From Psammoneis japonica (taxonomy: Eukaryota): a DNA stretch of 48,011 nucleotides. A program made the position numbers and the translations under genes. The stretch covers positions 806,001-854,011 of the forward strand of contig QPGO01000011.1 of assembly GCA_008632985.1 (NCBI GenBank), read 5' to 3'. Each line of letters opens with the position of its first letter. Position 1 is the first letter of the stretch. Under the pieces are notes generated by a model. The model was not told the DNA's origin. It searched no databases and saw only the letters and a program-made list of their open reading frames with translations. Below, piece by piece: positions 37,109 through 47,378 of this stretch.

Positions 37109-39216
37109 CAACCATTTTTGTCATGAATCATCACATCTGCATGTCACCACAAGACTCTTTTTTTGTCATCTCCAAACTCTTGTTTGTTTGATTGAAGCTC
37201 ACTTTTCTGATCAATCACAACCACAATTGCAACATTCACTGTCACAATTTCTTTTCAGACCTCTGTCATTGACCACGTCCATCTCACTCAGCACTGCATC
37301 CACCCTGTCATGGCTGGAGACTTTTCAGGGAGAGGCTGTTGTGCCCTGACCTGCCTGTGTGGCCCCTGCCTTTGCTTGTCAAGCCTGGCTGCTTGTTGGC
37401 ATGGGCCTGCTCTGTGCATGACAGTCAGACACCTGCAGGCAGCTGAGCAGATCTCTCTGAGATCTGCCTCTCTTGCTCTTTCTTGTTGGCATGCATGCGG
37501 TTGATGCTGCTGGCTTGCAGGGGTCTGCAAGCTCTGTTGGCTGCTTTGAACAACACTTTTCAAGCAAACTCAGAAAACAAACAAGCTTCACTGCCACTCT
37601 TCCTTTTTTCTTGTTGCCAAGGCACCCTGCTGCCATGACATCAGGGGGGGGGCACAAAGCAGACAAGGGTGCTGGCTGGAAAAACCTTCTTCTTCAGAGC
37701 AGCAGCTGGTGGTGGCAATGGCCTTGCCTGTGTCAGCTCCACAAACTCTGCAAGGCCCAGCATGCTGAAAAGGAAGAAGAAGGAGCCCACACACCTTGTG
37801 GCACTGGCATGCTGTTGGCAGCTCTAGACTAGATGACAGCCTCAATGAAAGCCAATGACCTCTTTGCACCTGCTGTGCCCCACAGAGGGCAGTGCTGCAG
37901 TGCCAGCACCACCACACACTCAAGTGCACTGTGCCCTTGACTCTTTTGTTTGAAATCAACAAGCTTCTTTGGTGACTTCAAAGCTCGACAATTGACTTGA
38001 GACATCAAAAGATCTTTTCAACAAGCCAGGCAAGGGCTGGGACTTGTTTGCGCAGAAGCTTGCAAACAAGAAACGTGTTTCACGGTGTCTCAAGAGTTGG
38101 GGTGGCAAGGCTCACATTCATTTGTCTTGTGTGCCAAATTTGGTGACAGACAAACAAACAGGCAGGCTGCAAGGATTGCTGTTGATGACAGCTGCAGGGC
38201 TGTTTCCAGGTTGGCAGATTTTGAACAAAACAAAAGGGTTTTCACTTTGAGTGTGTTCAGGGAGTGACTTGGCAAAGGTGCTGGCACACATGACACACAT
38301 CTTTGCATGTGCAGTCTTTGCACACTTGGCATGTCTTTGAGTGTGCTGTCAGATGTGTGCTGCAATCTCCTCTGGTGATGCCATGGTTCACTTTCAGAAG
38401 TTGACATGCAGCTCATGTCAACGCACATCTGCTGAGCAGAGTGAGTGCAAGATGCAGCATGTGGGCATGCAAGAAACTGTGTGCACCCCTGCACCTTGCA
38501 CTTTCTGTGTCCCAAGGCACCAGCTGACATCAAAAGACACTCTCTGAGACATTTGCCAGCTGTCAATGGCTGTGGTGCATGCTGTGGAGCAGCTCCAAGA
38601 GTCTGATGTTGCTGACCCACAAGCCAATCACCAAACCCAGTTGGCAGCAAGCAGAGTGACTCCAGATGCAAGAAGATGCTGAGTTTGGCAGCACTGGGTC
38701 ATCTCATCTGTTGGCTTGCCAAGTCATTTTGGGGCAAGACCAAGCAAGAGTTCCCCTGGCTCTCCTCAATGATTTTTTATGATGTCAACCAATGTGCAGC
38801 AGCCAAGTGACAAATGGCATTGTTGACATTGAGAGCACCAAAAAGGCAGCAGATGCTGCTCTTGTTGCATGGAGCCCACCCTGCTCTAGAAAAGACTGTG
38901 CAGGAGTTGATGCAGAAGCTCTCTGACTTACAAAAATGATGACAACAATGTGATGGTGCTGGACTTCCCATTGCTGGCAAGCATTGGCTCCAAGATTTTG
39001 TCCAAGTTCTTGAGTGGGCTCTTCCACCAACCAATCCACAAGCTGCTCTGTGCTGCACTCAAAATGATTGTCCTCAGGGTGCAAGTGTTGCCACCCAAAG
39101 GACCTGGCTGAGGTCAAGTTGTGCTGGCTGTCATCTAGCTGGCTCATTGACCAGCAGCAAAAAAATTCCTTGGGGACAAGGGGTGACAACCAGCACCCAT
39201 TCCAAGCTCCCCCCAA

Positions 39217-39316
39217 ACCCATGACAAACCCAGCTGGTGTGAATGTCTTCATCACCAGGCCTGTTCCAGCTCCAGGTGCTCCGCGTGGGTTCGATTCCCA
39301 TCATTGGCCCATTTTT
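39217..39316 (+). pseudogene. tRNA-like relic (intact T-arm/B-box and oligo-T; degenerate 5' half)
   Basis: T-arm gtggg-TTCGATT-cccat at 39285-39301, a 7-nt 3' acceptor strand cattggc, then TTTTT at 39312-39316. The 5' acccatg pairs only 5/7, cagctggt resembles a D-loop, and no anticodon arm was resolved. Confidence 0.35.
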
Positions 39317-39572
39317 AGGTTTGGCGCAAATAACTTTTTCAAAATCCGTTTTTCGCCAAATCGAGAAGGGCAAGTGTACACTTTACATGTGTTTTCGGGT
39401 GTACACTCACCTTTCGATTTTCGAAATGATCAAAAATGAAGGAGTCAATTGTGCCAAAAATGTGATTTTCGGCTGGTGTCCCATTCCACGTGAAAAATGC
39501 TCGTGATCACTCACTTTTTCATTTTTCGGAGCTCGTGTGTTTGGTCTTCTTCAACTCAACTGACGTCCAAAC

Positions 39573-42500
39573 ATGCCTCATTCCTACAGACACAATGCAG
39601 TTAATTTGATTGAGCGTGCCAAAAAAATGTGTCCTCTCGACTTGCCATCCGTCTCATCCACCAGCCCTCTCGATGCGCACTTTCAATCAAATTTCCAGTG
39701 CATCGTGGGCAACAAGAGGAAGAAGCAAAATGGAGTTGGCCGTCGACACAAGTCAGGGACTGGCAACAGCAAAAACAAGAAGCCTCACAGTGAACTTGAA
39801 ACACACTCCACGGTCTCCGACCATGTCGTTGCTGCAGCTGAAGCAGCTGCAGCCACTCCCTTCAATCCGAGCAACCCGAGCTCTGCTGCCTCCATCGCTC
39901 CCTCCGTTGCTCCCACCAACCTGGCTGCTTTCAACCCGAACCCCTCCACAGAACACACCTCACTCATTGTCCAGTGTTGTCCTTGCCAAGACCGCCAGGC
40001 CCCTCCCAAATGCACACTGCAGGAGCGGCCGCCACTCCCTCCAACCCTGACTCTGACAATGCCGCCGTCACTCCCTCCGTTGCTCCCGCCGACCTGGCTG
40101 CTTTCAACCCGAACCCCTCCAAGGAACACCCCACTCATTGTCCAGGGTCGTCCTTGCCAAGACCGCCAGGCTCCTCCCAAACGCAAACTGCAGGAGCGGC
40201 CGCCACTCCCTCCAACCCTGACTCTGACAATGCCGCCGTCACTCCCTCTGTCGCTTCGGCCAACCCAACTGCTGTCAACCTCACCGCCTCCCAAGGTTGC
40301 CCCACTTTTAATCCTCATGCATTTGAAGCAACCCACAAAGATCCCCAACAGGCACTTTGTCGTGCAGCGGTCAAAATGAGAGAAGGAGTGTTGTCTTGCG
40401 CCGCCACTCAAGAACAACAAATCTGTGCGTTTGTGCGTGCTTTGCATTTTCCCGAAATGGCCCCATTTCTTCAGGCTTGTAATTTGACATTGCCGAAAAC
40501 AAATGCTGCGGCTTTGCAAATTGCCAAACAGTTGGGCAAAATGTGGGCACGTGCCAACGACACCAGCAATGGTCAACACCTCACCGATGACAAAAAATCG
40601 TTTGTCCGTGCTCTTGCAACTGGAGTCTCCGGTTCACCAGAAAAATCTGCTGAAGAGGAAAAGTTGTCTTCCCATGACTGCGCCAAGGCACTTGGCCTGA
40701 GATGGAGCACTGTTTGTTGCCAAATGAAGAAGGGAAAGATTGCCAGAGAGGCACTGCTTTCAAACACTGACGATGTCATGTGGTCTTCAGTGCAACCCCG
40801 TCGGCGTCCTCACAAAGTTTCCCCTGAGATCCGAAAGGCATTTGTGCACTGGTTGTCAAATCATCCCGACACAGCGCAGTCTCCCAACACACAAGACATG
40901 ATTCTCATTAAAGATGAAGATGGAAACAAGAAACGAGTGAACAAATGGTTGCGCAATGTGTCCATGCGTGAGCTGCACAACGACATGTTGAAGCCTGTGT
41001 CTGTTGGCGGATTCGAACATGCACGTGATGCCAATGGCAAGACCCTCATTGGTGGCACGATGTTTCAATTTTTGATTCCCACGCAGTGTCGAAAAATGAG
41101 CGCCAGTCAATGCAGCATGTGTCAATGCAGCGATTGCACCAACGCCAATTTTGCACAAGATGCATTGAACAGGTTTCGAAGGAAGCTTTTAAAAGAGATG
41201 GAGGTGGAGCAAAATCGGTTGAAGCTTGCGAGCGAGGATCCTGAGAACTTGGAGAACCATGACAGTGCCCTTGGCAAATTGGAGGAAACAGTGCGTGTCT
41301 GTCAAGAGGAAGCGTTTGGCCCCAACGGCCATCACCTTCATCCTAAAGCCCGAGATGCAGTTGCAACCATCACTTGTGGCAATGTCAATGGTCAGGATCA
41401 TCCTCATTGGAAATGCGTTTTGGGTGAATGCGAGCATTGCCCATCCCATCCAACTCCATTGTTGGAACAGAATGAAAGTCCCAGTGCGCCCCAAGTTTTG
41501 TTTCAACGTCACTTGACTGTAAAAAGTTGTTCCAAGCATGGTGTGCACATGGAAGCATGTCCTGTTTGTGAGGCAGATCCAGATGGGAACAAGGACGCAA
41601 AGGTGAAACGCAGGACCTTGTTGACAAGGTTCCGAAAACCAGTCGGTGTCTTTGCAAAAGAGCACTGCATTCCAAGTTTAGAGAAGCTCCACTGCCACCT
41701 TCCCCACGTGGTCATTCTTGGGAAAAATCATTGCATGGAAATGCGTTGCAAAGCATTTGAGTCAACACCCAACAGCCTGTTCACGTCTCATGACTGCTCC
41801 AAGCATCAGAAGGCAGAGTTCAACAAACAAATCAGGGTGACCATTGTGGCAACAACCAAACATTGTCAATCGAAGGAAGAGTTTGCAATGCAATGGTTGA
41901 CAACGAGCTTCAGAAAACACATCATGTGCATCTCTCTGACTCTTCCAAGCAAGATGCCACCACCACCAATGCTCACTTGGAAAAGTTTGTCACCTGGTTA
42001 AAAAACCGCAACCTGTGTGAGGCGTGGCTTGTGATTTGGGATCACACTGATGGTTGTGCTAAACAATGCCAATGTGCTTTGGCACTGTGCTTGTTGTCTG
42101 TCTTTGCGCACAAATGCAACATTGTGTTTGACCATGCCATTGGAGCACCTGGACATGGCAAAGGAGAGGTTGATGGCATTGGAGCCTGCGTTGGATCACT
42201 CACACATTGAGAAATGCAGTCCACAACTGTTGCAGGAGTCAATGACAAGGATGGGAAAATTAGACCTGAAGCTTTGGTCATGGATGACAACAGTGTTGTA
42301 GCCACACACAGTCATGCAAAGGAATGTCACAAAATGCTCACAAAGAACAAGAATGCTTTCGGCGCAGTTGGTGACAGAAATCATGCCAAGAGGGAATCCC
42401 TTCGAAAGTTGACACAAAGGGTGTGTCATCTGCAGGAAGCTGACAAAGTTCTTGGCTCTTCAATCAAAGTCAAGTTGATTGGATTGGTGCAAGTGCACAC

Positions 42501-43371
42501 ACGCCATTGTGGCATTGGAGCCTTGCACCATTTCTGATTTGAACCTCTTTTCCCCATTGGTTGGGTTGCGATGTGAAGAATTCCTTGTGCTTGTGAAGCC
42601 TGCCTGGATCAGCTGAAATGGCCTTGGGTTAAAAATGTCAAGCCAACAGAGCAGCCACGACATGCAGGTGGCAACCGAGCTTGCAAACTGTGGCCCATCT
42701 TTGAGGGACTGAACGATTGGCAAGTGTGCCAGGTGATTCAAACAGATGAGAGTGACGCTGACGAGGTGCAGTTGGTTCACAAATCTGTGTTGGACTTCCT
42801 GACTGAGGAAATGGCCAAGGAAATTGTTCCAAACAGCCACGTTGCATTGTCTTGTGAATCTGAGGAGGGACTCTATCTGCGGCAATGGGATGAACTCCCC
42901 CACAAAGCACAGGAGGACAAGGTTTGGAAAGAGTTTGACCCACCCATGACTGTTGAGGCCGGTGAATGGGTTTGCAAGGGAACGCATCTTAACCCTGTTC
43001 CATGGGCCAGAGGATGGCACACTCCTGGTGATGCTGAGGAATGTGAGACAAGAGTGTTGCTCAAGCAAATTGCAACTGCCAACATTGAGCTCAATGAACC
43101 ATCAGCCAATCTGGAACTGCCAAGTGCGTGCAACAGGAATGAGGCTTCACTTCTTCATCCACGTCATTTGAGTGATGACGAGCATGAAGGAATTCTGGAT
43201 GCCATCCGACAGCGGGAGGCAATGGATTGTTTTGAGGACTGTTTGGATGAGGTGGAGGAACAAGACATCGAAGCTGGTGAGTGGGGGGGAGAGAATGACG
43301 ACATGGAAGACACTGTGGAGGATGATGAGAGCACGGCAGGGGACAGTGACAGTGACAATTCGGACAAATAA
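39573..43371 (+). mobile_element. Decayed Sola2-like DDD transposase gene (frameshifts ~39960 and ~41834; in-frame TGA at 42208, 42535 and ~42574)
   Basis: Catalytic-type motifs 'HDCSKH....FNKQI(Q)GDH', 'WDHTDGCAKQCQC' and 'GAPGHGKGEVDGIG' resemble the Sola2 pattern DF.ENY..EIQS.HW / SDG...QY / HGKG..DG.G. Cys-rich segments and 'RIPCACEAC' are present. A putative terminal region lies at ~39317-39560. Confidence 0.7.
39898..40265 (+). repeat. Coding tandem repeat, ~171-173-bp unit x2 plus partial
   Basis: Units start at 39898, 40071 and 40242. Several differences are CG vs TG/CA, and 2 extra nt in unit 1 cause the frameshift. Confidence 0.9.
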
Positions 43372-43394
43372 AATGGCAATGTTGTGCAACTAGA

Positions 43395-46300
43395 TCAACC
43401 ATCCAACACAAAAGCTTTCCTTTTTGCGTGCAACTTCTGCTGCACCGCCCCAGGAAGTTCGAACTGGTGCACCATGAACACTTGTTGCAGACGCTTTTTC
43501 GCCACGTATTTCACCTCATGTTCCTTGTTCCCAAGACACCAATTGAAACACTCAATGTCCTTTGCTGGCAATGCAAAAGGGTGGTTGGAATCAAAGATCC
43601 ATCCACGGTGCAAGGCAATGCAATGGTTGTTCACAAGACGGCACAAAGTTGTGAAGTCATCATTGCAGGTCGTCACGTCAAATTCACCACCTGCTGCAAG
43701 GGAAATCGTTTGATCCACACCGCAAAACTTCATGTTTGAGTTCTTGGGTGGGAATTTTCCCTTCAAACGACCGTTCAACATGTTCTTTGCAAACAACGTG
43801 CGCTTGTTGTCAGTGTCAGCACAGTTGGCAGATGTTTGAATGTGAGAAGCAATGTAGTCTCTCATTTCCACATCGCCAGCACAATCAAGAACACTGGCCA
43901 GGGAGGAAAAAACACATGTGTCGTTTTGTCCTTGCAGGAATTTCACGGGTGGACTGCTCGTCGGCAAGTTGCTGTTCAATGGCATCAACACGTTTCCTTC
44001 CAGCAAGGAGCAACAACCATCTGATGGCTTCAATTCTTTCAAATCTTTCCACACATCTGGAAACCAAAACTTAAAATTGCACTCAGCCCAATCCAGGGTC
44101 ACACACATGGGACGGTTCCCCTCCAAGCTGCAGCCAATGAAATCAGCTCCCCGCCCAACAGGTGGAAGTTTTTGAATCTCCACTTCAGCCAATCTCTTCA
44201 GTTTGGCAATCTGTGGTGGGTTGCAAATCGATTCCACCTTGTTCTTAATCTCGTCCCTGCATTTTTGATTGAGTTGCTGGGGAACATTTGGTTTGTGTTT
44301 GGCATGCACAATGAGGCCCGCACACATGTTCATGGGATGGCCGTTCATTTCATTGTGCCACACGTCAAACCATGGTTCCCACAACATGACGCCCTTGTTT
44401 TTCCCTTCAAAGCAACCAAACAAGTGAGGAACGGCTCCTTTGGAATCGCCAGGACGCTGACGCCTGCTGTTCCATTTGCTTGGATCAATCCAAATGAGTT
44501 TTTTAGCCTGCAACATCACTTGAGCATCTTCGCACTCACACTCGAGTCGATCCCTTTCTTCTTGGTGTCGCTGGGCTTTGGTCAACCGACGCCATGAAGT
44601 GTCTCCTTTTGCCCTTGGTTTCGGGACAGAGCTGTGAAGGCCAATGAGATCCTCATCCTTGTGCACTCCAGTTGTTAATTTCAAGGTCTCATGCGAACGT
44701 CTGCGTCCAGCGTCTCCCACTGTCTCCCACTTCTCTTCTGCAGCCGGGGCTTTCTTCCTCTTGTCTCTTGCAGCCTTGGCTTTCTCCCTCTTCTCTTGAG
44801 CTGCCTTGGCTTTCTCCCTCTTCTCTTCTGCAGCCGCAGAAACTTCTTCCTTGCATTCATCGTCCTCCTCGTCCTCAGTTGCCTCTGGATCTTGCTCCTC
44901 CTGGATTTCATCTTGCACACCGTCATCTTCCTCCTCTTCCTCCTCTGGCTCAGTCGATTGATCCATCGCCTCATCTTCCTCCTCTTCCTCAGCCGATTGA
45001 TCCATGGCCCCATCTTCCTCCTCTTCCTCAGCCAATTGATCCATGGCCCCATCTTCCTCCTCCTGGTTTTTGTCTCGCAGTTGCAACCTTGCAGTGCCAG
45101 CCTCGGCCTTTTGCAGGTCATCCGTCTCTTCAGTGCCCTCCTTCCCCTCTTCCTCCTCCTCCTCCTCCACCTCTTCCTTCAACACTGCATCACGGGCACC
45201 AGCGTGATGCATGCAACGATGGTGACGAATCCTTCTGCAAAACTTGCACCATGCAAGTCCAGGAGCTGCCTTGCACCAATCAGCAAGGTGAGCAAGTGGC
45301 TCTTTGAAACAATCCTTCCTGCTTGGTCTGGCAGGGAAGTGAACTTCAACCATTTGTTTGTCTTCGGTGACGGCCTCCACTAACTTGGAGTGTCGTTGCG
45401 GCTTGAAAGGCCTGCACCACTGGTCCGGTGGACAAGTGCTGCCTCTGCATTCACCACCAGAGGTAATCCGCAACACATGGTTGTGCCACCAACCTGCAAT
45501 GATGTCAAACAAGGCCTCAGATGGCAGTCTGTCATCGGGGTCGAATGGCCCAAATGAGAAAATCCTCCAGCAGCCACTCGTGCAACTCATGAGCACTTTG
45601 CATGGTGCGTTGGTGGGAAGTTCGGCAATGTGGGGATCTTCCTGCATGTCATCATCCGACTGTTCAAGCTTCTCCCTTTTGCAATGCTCGTCATGAAAAA
45701 CACAATTGTTGCTGTGATCCACAATGGGCTTCTTCAACTTCTCACAGCTGATGCGTGGTTTTCGATGCAGCTTTTCATCCACCTGCTTCCTCTGAGCGAT
45801 TTCGTTTGGAACAGAGTGATGTTGGTTGCAGATTGAACCCCAGTGCTGTTTTGCGGATAGAACGGGAGATCTTGTTTCACATTTGAACTTGATGTCCAAC
45901 CCCTTCAAAGCCAACATTTCAAAATTGTTCTTCACCCCCTTTGGAGACTTAATTCGCCACCAACTTTGAAACACGACCTCGCCAAAAGGCAGCCACACAT
46001 GCATCTTTAAATCTTGGGTCAGCTTTTCATCATCGTGCGATTCTAGGTTTTGAATGTTGACCAAAGATGCCAAGTGGAATCGGCACTTGGCAATGCATGA
46101 ATGATCAGCAATGCATCCTCCTTCAACAAGCGGCTCCTCCCAACAGTCTTCATCCTTGCGGATCTCTGTTGCAACGTTCTGATGCTCGGTGCTGGAACGA
46201 GGCAATGCCAAAACAATTGCAGAGCTCATTGGAGTAATCCTCTCCTTTGCACACAGGGCAACAGTGTTGCCTTGATCATTCATCATGAGATCATCCCAGT

Positions 46301-47114
46301 CCCAGTGCTTGCGGACGTCCGCCAGATCCAAACGATCACTCATGGTGTCCGTGATGTCCTCAAAACCCATCACTCCCATGCAACGAGACTTCAAAGTCTT
46401 CTGACAATGAAGACATGCATCCATCTTCTTGACAACACCACAGCAAATGGCTTGGGCAAGTCCAATCAAAAAAGGACATGCACCTCGACTTGACGGTGTG
46501 ATCGATTGACTCTCATCGCCCGTCCCAGCTGACACAACTGGAGACTCTGTCACACGGACGTAATCAACAAGCAGGCCAATGTTTGTCTTGACACGGCACA
46601 TCAAAACAGCAGCAATGTTTTGCTTGTCCTTCACGGCACCCCTCATCGACATTCCTGATGGCACCACAACCAACATCAAGAGGTGCTGGTTCTTGTCCTT
46701 GATGCACTGGTTCAGTTGCGGTCGATTCTCGGAGTTAAATTTTTCACAAAACCAATCGACAACAGTGTTGCGGAACATGTTCCATGTTTTGGCACTGTTG
46801 AACCCATCCAAACCATTCTTGTGATGAAGAACATGAAAGAGAGGGCTCATCTTCTTTGTTCCACGATCTTCTGTGGTCAAGATGCTCAAATCTACAAGAC
46901 CTTGAGGGCACTCAAGGGGATCAACTGCATCTTGGAGAGGCACAGTGTGCCAAGTTTTGGCTTTGCCCTGCGGTGGGCAATGTTCCGCGAGTGCCTTGAC
47001 GCAACGCTGGACGCAAAAGGAAACCTTCAACGTGCTGGAAGAGTCATCGTCAGCTTGAGGAGAACTGCCACCAACGGGACGCTGCTGGGAGGCTACTTTG
47101 GCCAACGTGTCCAT
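43395..47114 (-). CDS. Large transposon-associated ORF: GNAT-like N-terminal region, acidic repeat linker, C-terminal papain-like (C39-type) cysteine-protease-like domain; probably hypermutated
   Basis: Uninterrupted 1331-codon frame, likely start MDTLAK at 47114. GNAT-like 'LLVDYVRV...GACPFLIGLAQ...CLHC...MGF'; protease-like 'QGQNDTCVFSSLAS...NHCIAL..WIFDSN'; EEEEEDGAMDQ and EKREKAKAA repeats. Only 4 Tyr in the whole frame. Confidence 0.55.
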   Translation of the reverse strand: MDTLAKVASQQRPVGGSSPQADDDSSSTLKVSFCVQRCVKALAEHCPPQGKAKTWHTVPLQDAVDPLECPQGLVDLSILTTEDRGTKKMSPLFHVLHHKNGLDGFNSAKTWNMFRNTVVDWFCEKFNSENRPQLNQCIKDKNQHLLMLVVVPSGMSMRGAVKDKQNIAAVLMCRVKTNIGLLVDYVRVTESPVVSAGTGDESQSITPSSRGACPFLIGLAQAICCGVVKKMDACLHCQKTLKSRCMGVMGFEDITDTMSDRLDLADVRKHWDWDDLMMNDQGNTVALCAKERITPMSSAIVLALPRSSTEHQNVATEIRKDEDCWEEPLVEGGCIADHSCIAKCRFHLASLVNIQNLESHDDEKLTQDLKMHVWLPFGEVVFQSWWRIKSPKGVKNNFEMLALKGLDIKFKCETRSPVLSAKQHWGSICNQHHSVPNEIAQRKQVDEKLHRKPRISCEKLKKPIVDHSNNCVFHDEHCKREKLEQSDDDMQEDPHIAELPTNAPCKVLMSCTSGCWRIFSFGPFDPDDRLPSEALFDIIAGWWHNHVLRITSGGECRGSTCPPDQWCRPFKPQRHSKLVEAVTEDKQMVEVHFPARPSRKDCFKEPLAHLADWCKAAPGLAWCKFCRRIRHHRCMHHAGARDAVLKEEVEEEEEEEGKEGTEETDDLQKAEAGTARLQLRDKNQEEEDGAMDQLAEEEEEDGAMDQSAEEEEEDEAMDQSTEPEEEEEEDDGVQDEIQEEQDPEATEDEEDDECKEEVSAAAEEKREKAKAAQEKREKAKAARDKRKKAPAAEEKWETVGDAGRRRSHETLKLTTGVHKDEDLIGLHSSVPKPRAKGDTSWRRLTKAQRHQEERDRLECECEDAQVMLQAKKLIWIDPSKWNSRRQRPGDSKGAVPHLFGCFEGKNKGVMLWEPWFDVWHNEMNGHPMNMCAGLIVHAKHKPNVPQQLNQKCRDEIKNKVESICNPPQIAKLKRLAEVEIQKLPPVGRGADFIGCSLEGNRPMCVTLDWAECNFKFWFPDVWKDLKELKPSDGCCSLLEGNVLMPLNSNLPTSSPPVKFLQGQNDTCVFSSLASVLDCAGDVEMRDYIASHIQTSANCADTDNKRTLFAKNMLNGRLKGKFPPKNSNMKFCGVDQTISLAAGGEFDVTTCNDDFTTLCRLVNNHCIALHRGWIFDSNHPFALPAKDIECFNWCLGNKEHEVKYVAKKRLQQVFMVHQFELPGAVQQKLHAKRKAFVLDG

Positions 47115-47148
47115 GGCGAATGCACTGCTTTTGCACTCCTGTTTGTAT

Positions 47149-47378
47149 GACAAATGCACTCCAGAGAGGGGGCCAACGTCAGCCACCGCGAAAGTGATGC
47201 AGATGAACAGAGGCAGCCTCTGAGGCAGTTCCAGATGCTGAAAACAAAGCATCAAACAGCAAGCTGCACTCCCGCTTGTGCGACAAATGCACTCCAGAGA
47301 GGGGGGCAATGTCAGTTGCCGCGAAAGTGATGCGGATGAACAGAGGCAGCCTCCAAGGCAGTTCCAGATGCTGAAAAG
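47149..47378. repeat. Direct duplication (~96 bp, 133-bp period) upstream of the large ORF
   Basis: gacaaatgcactccagagaggggg...ccagatgctgaaaa occurs at 47149 and 47282. At one site the copies read TG vs CA (cctctgagg / cctccaagg). Confidence 0.9.

Noticed and set aside
32885..39255. Dozens of overlapping Cys/His-rich ORFs in all six frames, which could be read as novel metal-binding proteins
   Set aside because: They are an artefact of TpA loss: TAA/TAG stops vanish and Tyr codons become Cys/His. Only frames with copia motifs were kept.
39573..47114. Alternative genetic code or recoding as the explanation for Tyr absence and in-frame TGA
   Set aside because: TA loss is frame-independent and extends through non-coding DNA, neighbouring genes use Tyr and standard stops, and frameshifts are also present.
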